Assembly: GCA_951406725.2 (NCBI GenBank)
Contig: OX597830.1
Coordinates: 3,100,001-3,164,000, forward strand
Length of the DNA stretch: 64,000 nt
DNA from: Octopus vulgaris
Lineage: Eukaryota
Direction of reading: 5' to 3'
Part shown: positions 52,601-64,000 of the stretch, piece by piece
Numbering within the stretch: the stretch's first letter is position 1
How the letters are laid out: every line of letters begins with the position of its first letter
Notes under the pieces: generated by a model
What the model was told of the DNA's origin: nothing
The model's database searches: none
What the model saw: only the letters and a program-made list of their open reading frames with translations
Position numbers and translations under genes: made by a program

Positions 52601-53475
52601 CAGGGTGCAGTGAATAAACTGTTGTCTAAATTCTGCAAAAATGAAAATAACACTGACGTCTCATTTTAACAGATATATTTACCAAAATTACATAAAAATA
52701 TCTTGAAATATGAAAGAGTAAATTTATTCAATAAAATCGCCATTGGCTTCAATCATGGCCTCCAGATGACTTTGGAATCTCCTGCAACTATTCTGGATGA
52801 TTTCCTTGCTTAAGCTGGGTGAATGTTCCATAATCCTTGCCTTCAGTTCACCTTTGGTGTTACAAGGAATTTTGTTGGTCTCTCGCACAACTGCACTCTG
52901 CACATAATAATCAAGGGGAGTTTCAATCTGGGGAGTTAGGTGTCCAAATGTTAGGGGTAGTGTGGTGTAGTTGCAAAAATTTTCTGACAGCTTTGACTGG
53001 GTTCTCCTGCTTGTGTGGCATGGTGCATAGTCCTGTTGTCAGACATAGGGTCTTCCGGCAGCTACTCCCTTGACCCAGTGCTGCACTACCTCCTCCAAGC
53101 ACTTGATGTAGCCCTCTGTATTGAGTCTGAGGTCGTGTGGGAAGATGAATGGAGGAATAACGTTGCCATCATTAGTGATCACTCCAAACACCATGAAGTT
53201 GACTAGATGTTTGATTTTTATCACTCTTGGTACATGTCCTCAGATTGCACTGTCCTCAGATTGACATCCAAACCCTCTGAAATGTTCGTATTGGAGCTTC
53301 TGGTGCAAATGCCAAGCAGTACAGCATGTTGTTCCGAAATTTCTGGCTGAGTGAATTGTGTCATGTGTTTTTCTCTCAGAGATGCCCAATTGATCCTACT
53401 ATGCTGTGTAGTTGACAAAATCAAAAACACGAAATTAACAATATAAAATGGCAACAATTTACCCATCGCACCCTA
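52601..53475 (-). mobile_element. Internally deleted Tc1/mariner (DD37D/maT-like) transposon
   Basis: Imperfect ~26-bp TIRs (agggtgc...tgttgtc / ggcaaca...gcaccct); minus-strand relic MVFGVITNDG...PPFIF...QQDYAPCHTS. Confidence 0.8.
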
Positions 53476-54032
53476 TATATACATGATAGGCTTCCTTCAG
53501 TTTCTGTCTACCAAATCCACTTACAAGGCTTTGGTGAGCCTAAGGCTATAGTAGAAGACACTTGTTCAAAGTGCCATGAAGAAGGATTTGAATCCAGAAC
53601 CATATGATTGAGAAAGAGACTTCTCATGACATGGCTATGCTTGTACTTTTTTTATATAGACAAATATTGTATGCATACACACTTAGAGATGGCTATATAA
53701 AAACTTTCATATATACACAAACATAGGGATAGATATATCCAAACTTTCATATATACAAACATACGTAGTTACCTATCTACCTACCTATTTATAAATATAT
53801 TTTCTTACTTACCTACCAACATACACACACATATCATCATCATCATCATCGTTTAACGTCTATTTTCCATGCTAGCATAGGTTGAACTGTTTGACTGAGG
53901 TCTAGAGAGCCAGCGGTTGCACCAGGCTCCAAACGCCAACCAGTCCTAGAATGTAGTGGCTGCTTTTTATGTGCCACTGGCACAGGAACCAGTCAGATGC
54001 GTCTGGCATCAATCACAATTGGATAGTGCTTT

Positions 54033-54049
54033 TTAGGGTTAGGGTTAGG
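54033..54049 (+). repeat. Short interstitial telomere-like tract TTAGGGTTAGGGTTAGG
   Basis: Directly visible at the junction of two truncated repeats. Confidence 0.6.
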
Positions 54050-54447
54050 CTTACAAGGAATAAGTACTGAGATCAATTCATTCAACTAAAATTCTTCAAG
54101 AGAGTGCTGCATCATGGCCGCAGTCTACTGACTGGAACAAGTCTTTTAAGTGGTATAATTGGATTCACATTATTTCAATGTTAACTTTTACGCAGATGGA
54201 CAAAAGATGTAGAAAAGCTGGTTCAAGATGATAATATCAAATCTTGAGAAAATTCTTCTCTTCTTAGATTTTCTCATATTCATTATTAAAGTAGAACTTG
54301 GCAGAGATCAAAAAATATATTTGTTTGTTCTTTCTTAAGCATTACCTCTTAAAACATCATTGTCATTGTCATCATTGGTGTCAGCATCACCATCATCATC
54401 ATCATTATTGTTGGTATTGCTTTCTTCTTCTTCTTCTTCTTCTTCTT

Positions 54448-54536
<89 letters not shown>

Positions 54537-54870
54537 CATTGTGAGGACACATAGCTTAGTGGTTGCACTCATAATTGTGAGATTGTTGTTTCAATTCCTG
54601 GACCGGGTGATGTATTGTTTTCTTAAGCAAAACTCTTCACCTCATGTTGCTTTGCAATCACTTTGACACCTGACGTGTGGCACACTGTGCACCGTTTCAG
54701 ACAACATCGAGTGAGCCAATGTGTGGCATGAACATTTGATCACTATAAGCAAATCATTTGTACAGGTCATTCTGCCAAAGCTGAAAACTCATATTTCATC
54801 CTCAGTGGGAGAGGCCATTGCTATTGTTATTATTTTTATTAAGATGGCAAGCTGGCAGTATCCTTACAAC

Positions 54871-55260
54871 ACCAGATAAAATACTTCGCCAGATGAAATG
54901 CTTTGCCAGATGAAATGCTTCACCAGATCAAATGCTTCACCAGATGAAATACTTCACCAGATGAAATGCTTCACCAGATGAAATGCTTCACCAGATGAAA
55001 TGCTTCGCCAGATGAAATGCTTTGCCAGATGAAATGTGTCGCCAGATGAAATGCTTTGCCAGATGAAATGCTTCGCCAGATGAAATGCTTCCCCAGATGA
55101 AATGCTTCACCAGATGAAATGCTTCAACAGATGAAATGCTTCAACAGATGAAATACTTCACCAGATGAAATACTTCACCGGAGGAAATGCTTCACCAGAT
55201 GAAATGCTTCACCAGATGAAATACTTCACCAGATGAAATACTTCACCAGATAAAATGCTT
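54871..55260 (+). repeat. 17-bp minisatellite (unit ~ACCAGATGAAATGCTTC, ~23 units) inside a family-A SINE
   Basis: Head-to-tail units without spacers; the SINE head precedes the array and the SINE body resumes after it. Confidence 0.95.
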
Positions 55261-58200
55261 AGCAACATTTTATCTGTCTTTACATTCTGAGTTCCAAATG
55301 ACTGGGGTTGATTTTACTTCTCATCTTTTCAGTGTCAATAAATTAAATCCCTGTTGAGTACTAAAACTACTGCAATCAACTTACTCCCTTCCTCAAAGTT
55401 GCTGGCCTTGTGCCAAAATTTGAAACCATTATTATAAATATTATTAAGGCAGTAAGCTGGCAGAATTATTAGCACATGGTGCAAAATACTTAGCCATCTT
55501 TATGTTGTTGGTTCAAATACCACCAAATGCCTCCCATTCTTTCAGGATGTGTACTAGGATTGATATCATTGACTCTCCGCCACCCACCAAAATTTCAGGC
55601 CTTGTGCCTATAATGGAAAGGATTATTATTATTATCTGATTTACGTCCCTCATAAGATCCGTTGAAGAATTGAACCTGTTTGGTTGTTTACTCTCCAGGA
55701 AGAAATAATTTCATCTGAAAGAATAAAATCTATAGACACTTCTCCCCCCCCCCCCCTAAATGAGGAAAGTGAGAACGTAACAAGAAACAAAGAATATGAG
55801 ATAAGAATTATTTAAATGATGGAAAACCCCCCCCCCCCGCCCACAAGACATAAAAGATTGTTTTTATTTTTTAAGATTTCTTCATGTTTTGCCATTTTTA
55901 TATTCAAATCTTCTCCCATCTTTTTTCTCCAAGACGACACCAGTTAAACAGTTTGATTTTATTTCTGACCAGATTCAATTACATGTATTTTCTCCTCCAA
56001 ACAATTCCCTGCAGCTGATTAAAAAAGGAAACTAGATTCTTTTCTAATATACATTCATCTAATATACATCCTTCTCATATACAATCTTCTTATACACCTC
56101 CATCCAACATAAACCCATTTAATATACATTCATTCACTGCACATTCAACTTTTCCAAATTTAACTCACAAATTCCGCTTCAACTTGAATGCGTTTATATC
56201 TTATGATTTATATTTTTTTCCTTTCTTTTATTATGGATTCTGGGACATCTGCTCTTTGAGTCTGAACCAATCCTTTTCACTCTGATATTATTAATCTCTG
56301 TTTGTTAAACTGCTAAGTTACAGGTTATAGATTGATGCAACTTAAACAAAATTAGCTTTGAGATTGATGTAAACCTAAACAAGACATACACCTCCACCCA
56401 GCAAAGGTGTTTGTCTCCACTTTGAAAACATAAGGACACAGGAAATGTGTCAAGTCCAACAGGAAACGGTGTTTCCTAGGGCTAAATAACAGTAGCATTC
56501 TTCCCTTTCATGGGACTGTCACATTAAGTTGACAACATCCTGCCACTTAATCGTGCTGCTACCGCATAAATCTCTCTGAGAGATTTAGAAATGTATTATT
56601 TCTAAGAAAAGACTTGCTCCTGCACTCTCCATTCAGCCTCATGAAATGAACCATGTGGTTGTGTAGCCAACTCCAGAACAGCAACATTGTGTTTACTTCT
56701 CCAACAAATGTTTTTGCTTGTGAAGTGTTTCAATTACTTTCTTCTAATCAGACACATGACTGATATAAGTCTAGCACCATCGGCTTTGATAAACTAGTAA
56801 AGCCATATATTGTTCGCTTCAAACCATGGGCATGTTGTTAGGTCAAGTTATGGCTACAACCACTTTTACTGTCTCCTATTCACAAGATTTGAAAAGAAAG
56901 ATATTTCTACCCTCAATTATGGATGGAACTGTCTAGAAAATATTTTCTCAAGTAAGATGTTGGTGACAGCAGTGGTGATGCTGGAAATATCGTTAAGGTA
57001 GATGTATGCAAAGAGGAGAAAAATTAATATTTGGTTTAACTGTGACGTAAATTTCTCATTTATAACACAATGATAGACATGACGTAGAAGACAGACGGAT
57101 GAGCATGAATGGTTGAAGACAGCTGGTTATATCATAAAATTCAATTCAAACCCCATTTCTCACAACTTCTCCCCTCATCCATTTTTAAAGTTGATTAAAA
57201 TTATTTAGGTTCATTATAATTTATCAAGTAGCCACAAGGAATTGTGTCTCTACCCCTTTTCTTAAACACTTGCTAGTTTTGATAAAATCTTAATTTACCC
57301 ATCTCTAATTTTAATAATATCTTTTTAGGAAGGAAGCAGATTGATGGGTAGAACCATGGTGGATCCTCAAAGAGAGGTGACATTGGTGTGGTTAATACCT
57401 AGTCTGAATGTCTACTGAAATAATAATATTTTAAATGTTAACCATTGAAACTTTTATTTAGAAATAGTCAAAGAAATAGTTTATTTAGGGGTATGTCATC
57501 CAGTGTGCCCTTCTTTTTCTAGGGTTATTTAAAGGTAGGAAATATATCATCATCATTTAATCTGTTTTCTATGCTTGCATGGTTTGGATGGTTTGACAGG
57601 AGCTGGCAAGGCTGGAGAGCTGCACTAGGCTCAGATTGTCTGTTTTGTCAAGGTTTTATACAGCTGGATGTCCTTCCTAATGCCAACCACTTTACAAAGT
57701 GCACTGGGTGCTTTTAATGTGGTACCAGTATGGGTACTAACCTTGACTTTTGTTATACATATTAGTAGATGAGGCAGTAACCTGGCAGAACTGTTAGTAT
57801 GCCAGACAAAATGCTTAGCAACCTTACTTAAAACTCTATGTTCTAAGTTCAAATGCAACCAAGGTCGAATTTACCATCCACCCTAAAGTAGGGTTGATAA
57901 AATAAATACTATTCATGCAGTGGGCTTGATGATATCAACTAGCATCCATCTAGCTGTAGTAGAGAAGATTACATATACTAGTATACCTACGCCATCAAAA
58001 CTGACATCATTTTAAATTAAATAAGCTGAAATGGTATTTAATGAATGTGCTGTTATGACAAGCACTTCATATATTTGATATGGATTTGGTACAACACATC
58101 AAATATTGCTAAACTAGGTTCTGATTAAAGTTCTTTGACTAAAAGTAGCATGTGTTGATAATCAATATAGCATGCATTCTATATGCATATAATATAAATA

Positions 58201-58388
58201 TCACCATCCCATGTTCAATATATAAAGCTGTTCTGATGAGACATAATTTCACAATATATTCACTCATTCATTATAACTCATCAGTGATCGAAATGAAACT
58301 GCTATATTTATACTGCTACATATTTGGATATGAGATAAACTTCTTCCTCTATATTTTGTCTATATATATATATGTGTGTGTGTGTATG

Positions 58389-58471
<83 letters not shown>

Positions 58472-58732
58472 ATATATTTGTATACAAACACATTCACACA
58501 CATATACACACAATGAAGTTTGTTATGGAACATGAGGATGATAACTATCATAGAGTATTTTCATCCCTAAAAGAAATTGCCCTCATGGCCCTCTTCAAAA
58601 GTTCTACCAGTGAACTATGTGATTAAAAAATGAGATAAAATTAAATATACTAATACATAATTTAAATTTAGTGTGACAGAAATGAAATAAAGATCATATA
58701 TACGTATTATATAAATAAAGATCTCATATATA

Positions 58733-59145
58733 CTCTTTACTCTTTACTCTTTTACTTGTTTCAGTCATTTGACTGCGGCCATGCTGGAGCACCACCTTTA
58801 ATCGAGCAACTCGACCCCGGGACTTATTCTTTGTAAGCCCAGTACTTATTCTATCGGTCTCTTTTGCCGAACCGCTAAGTGACGGGGACATAAACACACC
58901 AGCATCGGTTGTCAAGCAATGCTAGGGGGACAAACACAGACACACAAACATACACACACGCATATATATATATACATATATACGACGGGCTTCTTTCAGT
59001 TTCCGTCTACCAAATCCACTCACAAGGCATTGGTCGGCCCAGGGCTATAGCAGAAGACACTTGCCCAAGATGCCACACAGTGGGATTGAACCCGGAACCA
59101 TGTGGTTGGTTAGCAAGCTACTTACCACACAGCCACTCCTGCGCC

Positions 59146-59146
<1 letters not shown>
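58733..59146 (-). mobile_element. SINE family B, least-decayed copy (others at ~40500-40925, 49360-49825, 50110-50275, 53485-53645, 61110-61442)
   Basis: CpG-rich, with tRNA-like head, central microsatellite and a short AAAGAGTA-type repeated tail. Confidence 0.9.
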
Positions 59147-59200
<54 letters not shown>

Positions 59201-59579
59201 ATTTATGTTTATATATGTATGTAAATAGATAAATATAGATACACACACACACACACACACACTAACACATGCTCACACATACTACTATTGATAATAATAA
59301 TAATATTACTAAATTCACTATAGAGAATAATGATTGAATTGTCTGAAATTCTGCTGCCAGATATTGTAATTACTTGCATGCAATAATGTTGGTCAAATTA
59401 AAGGAATCCTTCAAACCAATCCAGGCCTTCAGTTTTGCTATTTTCTTCCAATATTTGAAGTACCAAGAATTATTAACAATAAACCATAGGAGGCTAAATG
59501 AAAGACCTCACTCAAAAGAGTGGTGCTGGTCTGGCCCTCTCTTAACTATGACAGCAAATGTTTCAGTTGGTCAAAGTGG

Positions 59580-59810
59580 CTGAATACTCCACAGACACAC
59601 CATTAATATAGTTCTCAGGGAGATTCAACATGACATAGAATCTGACAAGTTTGGCTCAGTGAATTACATGTACGACTCATTTTTGCCAGCTGAGTGGATT
59701 GGAGCATTGAGAAATAGAGTGTCTTGCTCAAGGACACAAGGCACTGCTGGCAATTGAACTCGTGACCTTACCACCATGAACCAAACACCCTAACCATTAA
59801 GCCGTGTGCC
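59580..59810 (-). mobile_element. tRNA-derived SINE, family C (relatives at ~39720-39870 and 54543-54810)
   Basis: A/B-box-like head followed by a ttgtgtccttgagcaagacac...ccactcagctg block. Confidence 0.65.
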
Positions 59811-60073
59811 TTCTAGAGCAATGCTAGTTATTTAATCATGGCTTTAGTTTCTGCTGAGAGAGGAACTAGCCAGTGTTAGGTTTTTATTACAGATGATGAA
59901 TTAGGTACATGTCCACCAAGACTAAATGGTTTAAATGTTCAAAATCAGACAATTCAATGTTTATCTTATTGCCAGTTTTCAAATTCAGTTCTGTATTTAA
60001 GAGACAGGGGATTGTGTACATTCTTTACATTATTTACATTTGACGGATATTTGTCCTCATCTTGTTTGTAGTT

Positions 60074-60119
60074 AACACAACGTTTCGGCAGGTATACCCT
60101 CCAGCCTTCATCAGGTGTC
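60074..60119 (-). ncRNA. Minimal type-I hammerhead motif with intact CUGAUGA/GAAA, in an (AAT)n-headed element at ~59985-60317
   Basis: gacac-CTGATGA-a-ggc...gcc-GAAA-cg-TT-gtgtt. Confidence 0.65.
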
Positions 60120-60176
60120 TTGGGGAAATTTTGAACCTAGGTTCTCATTCCTAAGGTATTTTTCGATATTATTATT

Positions 60177-60208
<32 letters not shown>

Positions 60209-60240
60209 TATTGTTATTATCATCATCATCATCATCATCA

Positions 60241-60304
<64 letters not shown>

Positions 60305-61737
60305 CATTATTATTCAGGTCACTGAAACAACTACCACCTATAAACATTTGGGTTAAATTTAAAATAAATATCTACATAAAGACTAAAAGATAATTTATTA
60401 CACTAATTGACTGCTAGACAAATTGAAGATATGCATACAGTTATAATATTAATGAAGAAAAATGCCATTATCATTAATTATGATCCTTGTCAAATGTAAA
60501 CAAGACAATTCTAGAATTAACTGCAATTAAGTTAGGGTGGATCAAGTCTGATATTTGCTAACTAGAATGACAGCTCTAGGTATGTTTTGGTTTTATTTCA
60601 CCTCCTCAGTGAACAGTTTTACTCATGTTCATTTGAGCATTCATTTGAGATCTGCTTGTTCACAAATTAAACATTCATTCCAATATTCTGAAGTGAAATA
60701 TAATTTTATCAACACAGTAACTAAAAAACAAGAGTGCTAGGTTAACCACACAGAGAAATTAGGTCAGCTAAAGTTTTTTTAATCATAACTTGAATAACAT
60801 TACAATAGTTACAGTTTTATGTCCACCTATGATAGGGTACTGAAAACTTCCTGGCTTTAAGGGTATTGCAAAGGTTTGGTTGGAGGCCTAACCTTCTGTG
60901 TTCTTTCACAGGGCTTAAAAAAACTGAAGGACTGTAGCAATAAATGTGTGAATCTGAGAAGGGAATATGCTGAATAGAATCTCCTGTATTTTATTTTACC
61001 CAGAGTCGGGAACTTTTCAGCACCCCTTTGTATATATATATATATATGGGTGTATAGGTGTAGATAAAAGCAAATGTCCACAAAGGTAACAAAGAATAAA
61101 TATTTTTTTATTTGTTTCAGTTATTTGACTGTGGCCATGCTGGAGCACCACCTTTAGTCAAACAAGTCAACCCTGGGACTTATTCTTTGTAAACCTTGTA
61201 CTTATTCTATCGGTTCTTTTGCCAAGCATTGGTTGTGAAGTGATGGTGGGGGATAAACACAGACACACATACACACACACACACATATATATACGATGGG
61301 ATTCTTTCAGTTTCCGTCTACCAAATCCACTCACAAGGCTTTGGCCAGTCCAAGGCTGTAGTAGAAAATACTTGCCCAAAGTGAACCTGGAACCATGTGA
61401 TTGGGAAGGAAGCTTCTAACCACTCAGCCACTCCTCTGCCTATATATGCAAAAACAAAACAAAAAAAAGCTACAAACTGCAAGGTAACAGATGATATACA
61501 TAAAAGAGGTGAAATGGATGGCATTATAACATAATTCTGGAATAAGAGGAGCCTGGCAAACAGAATAGTTAAAATGAGATTTATATTAGACACTTCACGA
61601 GAAAAGTATATGGAAACATAAAATAATTGTAAACTAGCATAAAACAGATGGAGAATATAAAAGTTTAATAGTTTGTTAAATATTTCATGAAAATAATTAG
61701 ATCAAAGAAAATTATAGAAAAAGGAAAATTGTGGCAT

Positions 61738-61834
61738 TTATTTTAGATTGGCCTCAATTCCAGCAGATGAGACTTGCTTGTAGTGATCAATATTGTCATT
61801 GTCTCTTTTTAGTCGACTGATAACAAAAAAACGT
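61738..61834 (-). CDS. Possible terminal exon of a second gene (RFFVISRLKRDNDNIDHYKQVSSAGIEANLK*)
   Basis: Strong acceptor tttattgtttcttttcag, open frame to TAA, non-repetitive sequence; no partner exon seen in the window. Confidence 0.35.
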
Positions 61835-62159
61835 CTGAAAAGAAACAATAAATATTGAGTAAAATATGATTTTTGTAAACAAGAACTGTGAATGATTGAT
61901 ACACCAATATAAAAAATAATGGAGACAGAAGAAAAGAAAAGTGTAAATAAGAAAAAATAAAACAATGGGCCAGAAAAATAAAAAAAAAAACAACAGAAAA
62001 ATAAACGGAATGAAACCATGAGAATATGGGAGAGAATTTATCCTCCAGAAGTAGAATTAAGATGTTACTTAGAAAGTGTGTGACAGCTTGCAGAGTGCTA
62101 CAGCCCAAATCTGTGGGTGGTACAAAATTCCTGGTGGTGGAAAGATGCTGTAGACAGGG

Positions 62160-63065
62160 CCATTAGAGTAAGGAAACGGGCCTGGAAGAGTTAGGATAGC
62201 AGGGAACTGTATCAGATAGCCAGAAGGGAAGCTAGGAGACAGGTGTATTTAGTCAAGGGAGAAGCAGAAAAGAAGAAGTTTGCCTATGTTCAATAATATC
62301 TGGTTGTCAATGTGGAAACTAAGGATAAATGGTGAGAGGTGTACAAGCCATGTACAGGGATGCTACCAGTAAGGTGAGGGTTGGCAACGAGTACAGCATA
62401 GAATTCAGTGTACAAGTAGGGATCAGTCCTCAGCCCCTATTGTTCATCATAGTCTTTTGAGCAATAACAGAGGAATTTAAGACAGGATGCCTCTGGGAGT
62501 TCCTCCATGCTGATGACCTTCTTCTTATAGCTGAATCAATACCAGAACTGGAGAAGAAGTTTCAGGTATGGAAGTAAGGTCTGGAATCAAAGAGCCTTAG
62601 AGTTAATCTAGTAAAAACCAAAGTCTTAGGAAGTAGGAAGGCAGATAAATTACAAATCCCTTTAAGTAGATGGCCCTCCTCAATCTGTAGGAAAGGTGTA
62701 GGTAGAAACTCCATAAAATACACCCAGTGTAAGCTTTGGACACATAAAAGGTGCAGCAATATCAGAGGAAGGTTAACAGGGAAAATAGCTTTTGTGTGCG
62801 GAAGATGTGCAGGTACAATAACACCAAAAATGTACAGAAAATAGACTCTATGCAAAAGAGAAGACTACATTGGTTTGGACATGTGATGCCTATGAATGAA
62901 GACAGCCATGTAAAGAAGTGTCAATCATTGAAAGTGAATGGTCCCTGCAGAAGAAGGAGTCCCAGGAGGAGATGGGATGATGTGGTGAGGACCGATCTCA
63001 GGATGTTGGGCCTCATGGAAGAAATGGCAATGGACTGAAATATTTGGTGATATGATCTTGAGAAG
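62160..63065 (+). mobile_element. Old, multiply deleted RTE-clade LINE
   Basis: SVLSPLLF, LHADDL, the Cys-rich segment and RLHWFGHV motifs, interrupted by stops. Confidence 0.8.
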
Positions 63066-63959
63066 ACCCACCCACATCAGTGATGCTGAATTCTAGAAGT
63101 GTTGTGTTTGCCACCCACATGTAACTCCCTACCACACCAATCTCCAACAGACCAAACCACATCTCTTCTCCTTGTCACATCTCCTCTTTCAGGGTTATCT
63201 TTTATACCCCCATTTTGTCTTCATGTCGCAGTTCTCTGTAACATTGCTATCCAGTAGCCCTTCTCAAATGATCCTTGTCTGAAAAGTTACTGGGTGACTC
63301 TGCCAGTGCTGGTGACACTTAAAAAGCATCCAGTTCACATTATGAAGTGGTTGGCATTTGGAAAGGCATCCAGCTGTAGAAACCTTACCAAAACTTACCT
63401 TGCCTGTGCTTGTGCCACATAAAACGAACTCAGTCCACTCTGTTGAGTGGTCAGTATTAGGAATGGCATCCAGCCGTAAAAGCTATGCCAGGCACAGAAG
63501 TCTGGTGCAGGCTCCTGCCTGGCCAGTTCCTTTCTTTTTGTCCAACCCATGCCAGCATGGAAGGCGGACGTTAAATGACGATGATGTTGATGATATTATA
63601 TATAAATGTATGTGTTTATATATATATATATAATGTACGTGTATATGTGTATGTATGTATGTATGTATGTATGTATGTATGTATATGTATATATTCAAAC
63701 ACACACAAATTGTATGTTTATCTACATATGAATATATGTTTAACAAGACTTTAGAGAAAAAGATATGCAAATTGTAATATTTCTTTTTATTTTTACTTTC
63801 TCTTAATATTATTTTTGACATAAGTAAAGTGAAAGTATTTCAGGAGGGAATTTAATGTTTATCTTGGTTGCAGATAACAGCAGCAGCAGCTGCTACAGTG
63901 AATACAAAATAACAACAATGACATAGATGAAGACAACACTACTACTACTACTACTACTT

Positions 63960-64000
<41 letters not shown>

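Noticed and set aside
54871-55260. CRISPR-like array
   Set aside because: Units are contiguous 17-mers with no unique spacers, lie inside a SINE, and there are no cas genes; the context is eukaryotic.
59075-59146. tRNA genes at SINE heads
   Set aside because: A/B-box-like motifs continue into SINE bodies and do not form a full cloverleaf.

Overview
AT-rich, repeat-dense eukaryotic DNA, with no sign of a prokaryotic locus. The SINE, RTE and microsatellite repertoire resembles what I recall from Octopus/coleoid cephalopod genomes, but that assignment is an inference. Most of the window is intron or intergenic sequence filled with microsatellites and mobile-element remnants: Penelope-like, RTE, CR1-like, R4/Dong-like, Hero-like and L1/Tx1-like retroelements, hAT and Tc1/mariner DNA elements, a solo-LTR-like insert and tRNA-derived SINEs. 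Three phase-compatible minus-strand exons (34756-34812, 21927-22081, 1285-1463) appear to encode the C-terminus of an unidentified host protein, and a second gene may end at 61738-61834. The most unusual signals are: (i) nine type-I hammerhead-ribozyme-like motifs from several sequence families, carried by short non-coding elements beside microsatellites, often inside inverted repeats, some with non-canonical cores (CCGACGA, CUGUUGA); (ii) a near-perfect ~1.24 kb intronic inverted repeat formed by two TAA-targeting Dong/R4 copies; (iii) tandem H-type pseudoknot motifs in RTE 3' UTRs; (iv) a three-level nest of hAT > Hero > solo LTR; (v) two 17-bp minisatellites derived from the head of one SINE family. 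All calls are by eye; no database search or folding calculation was run.
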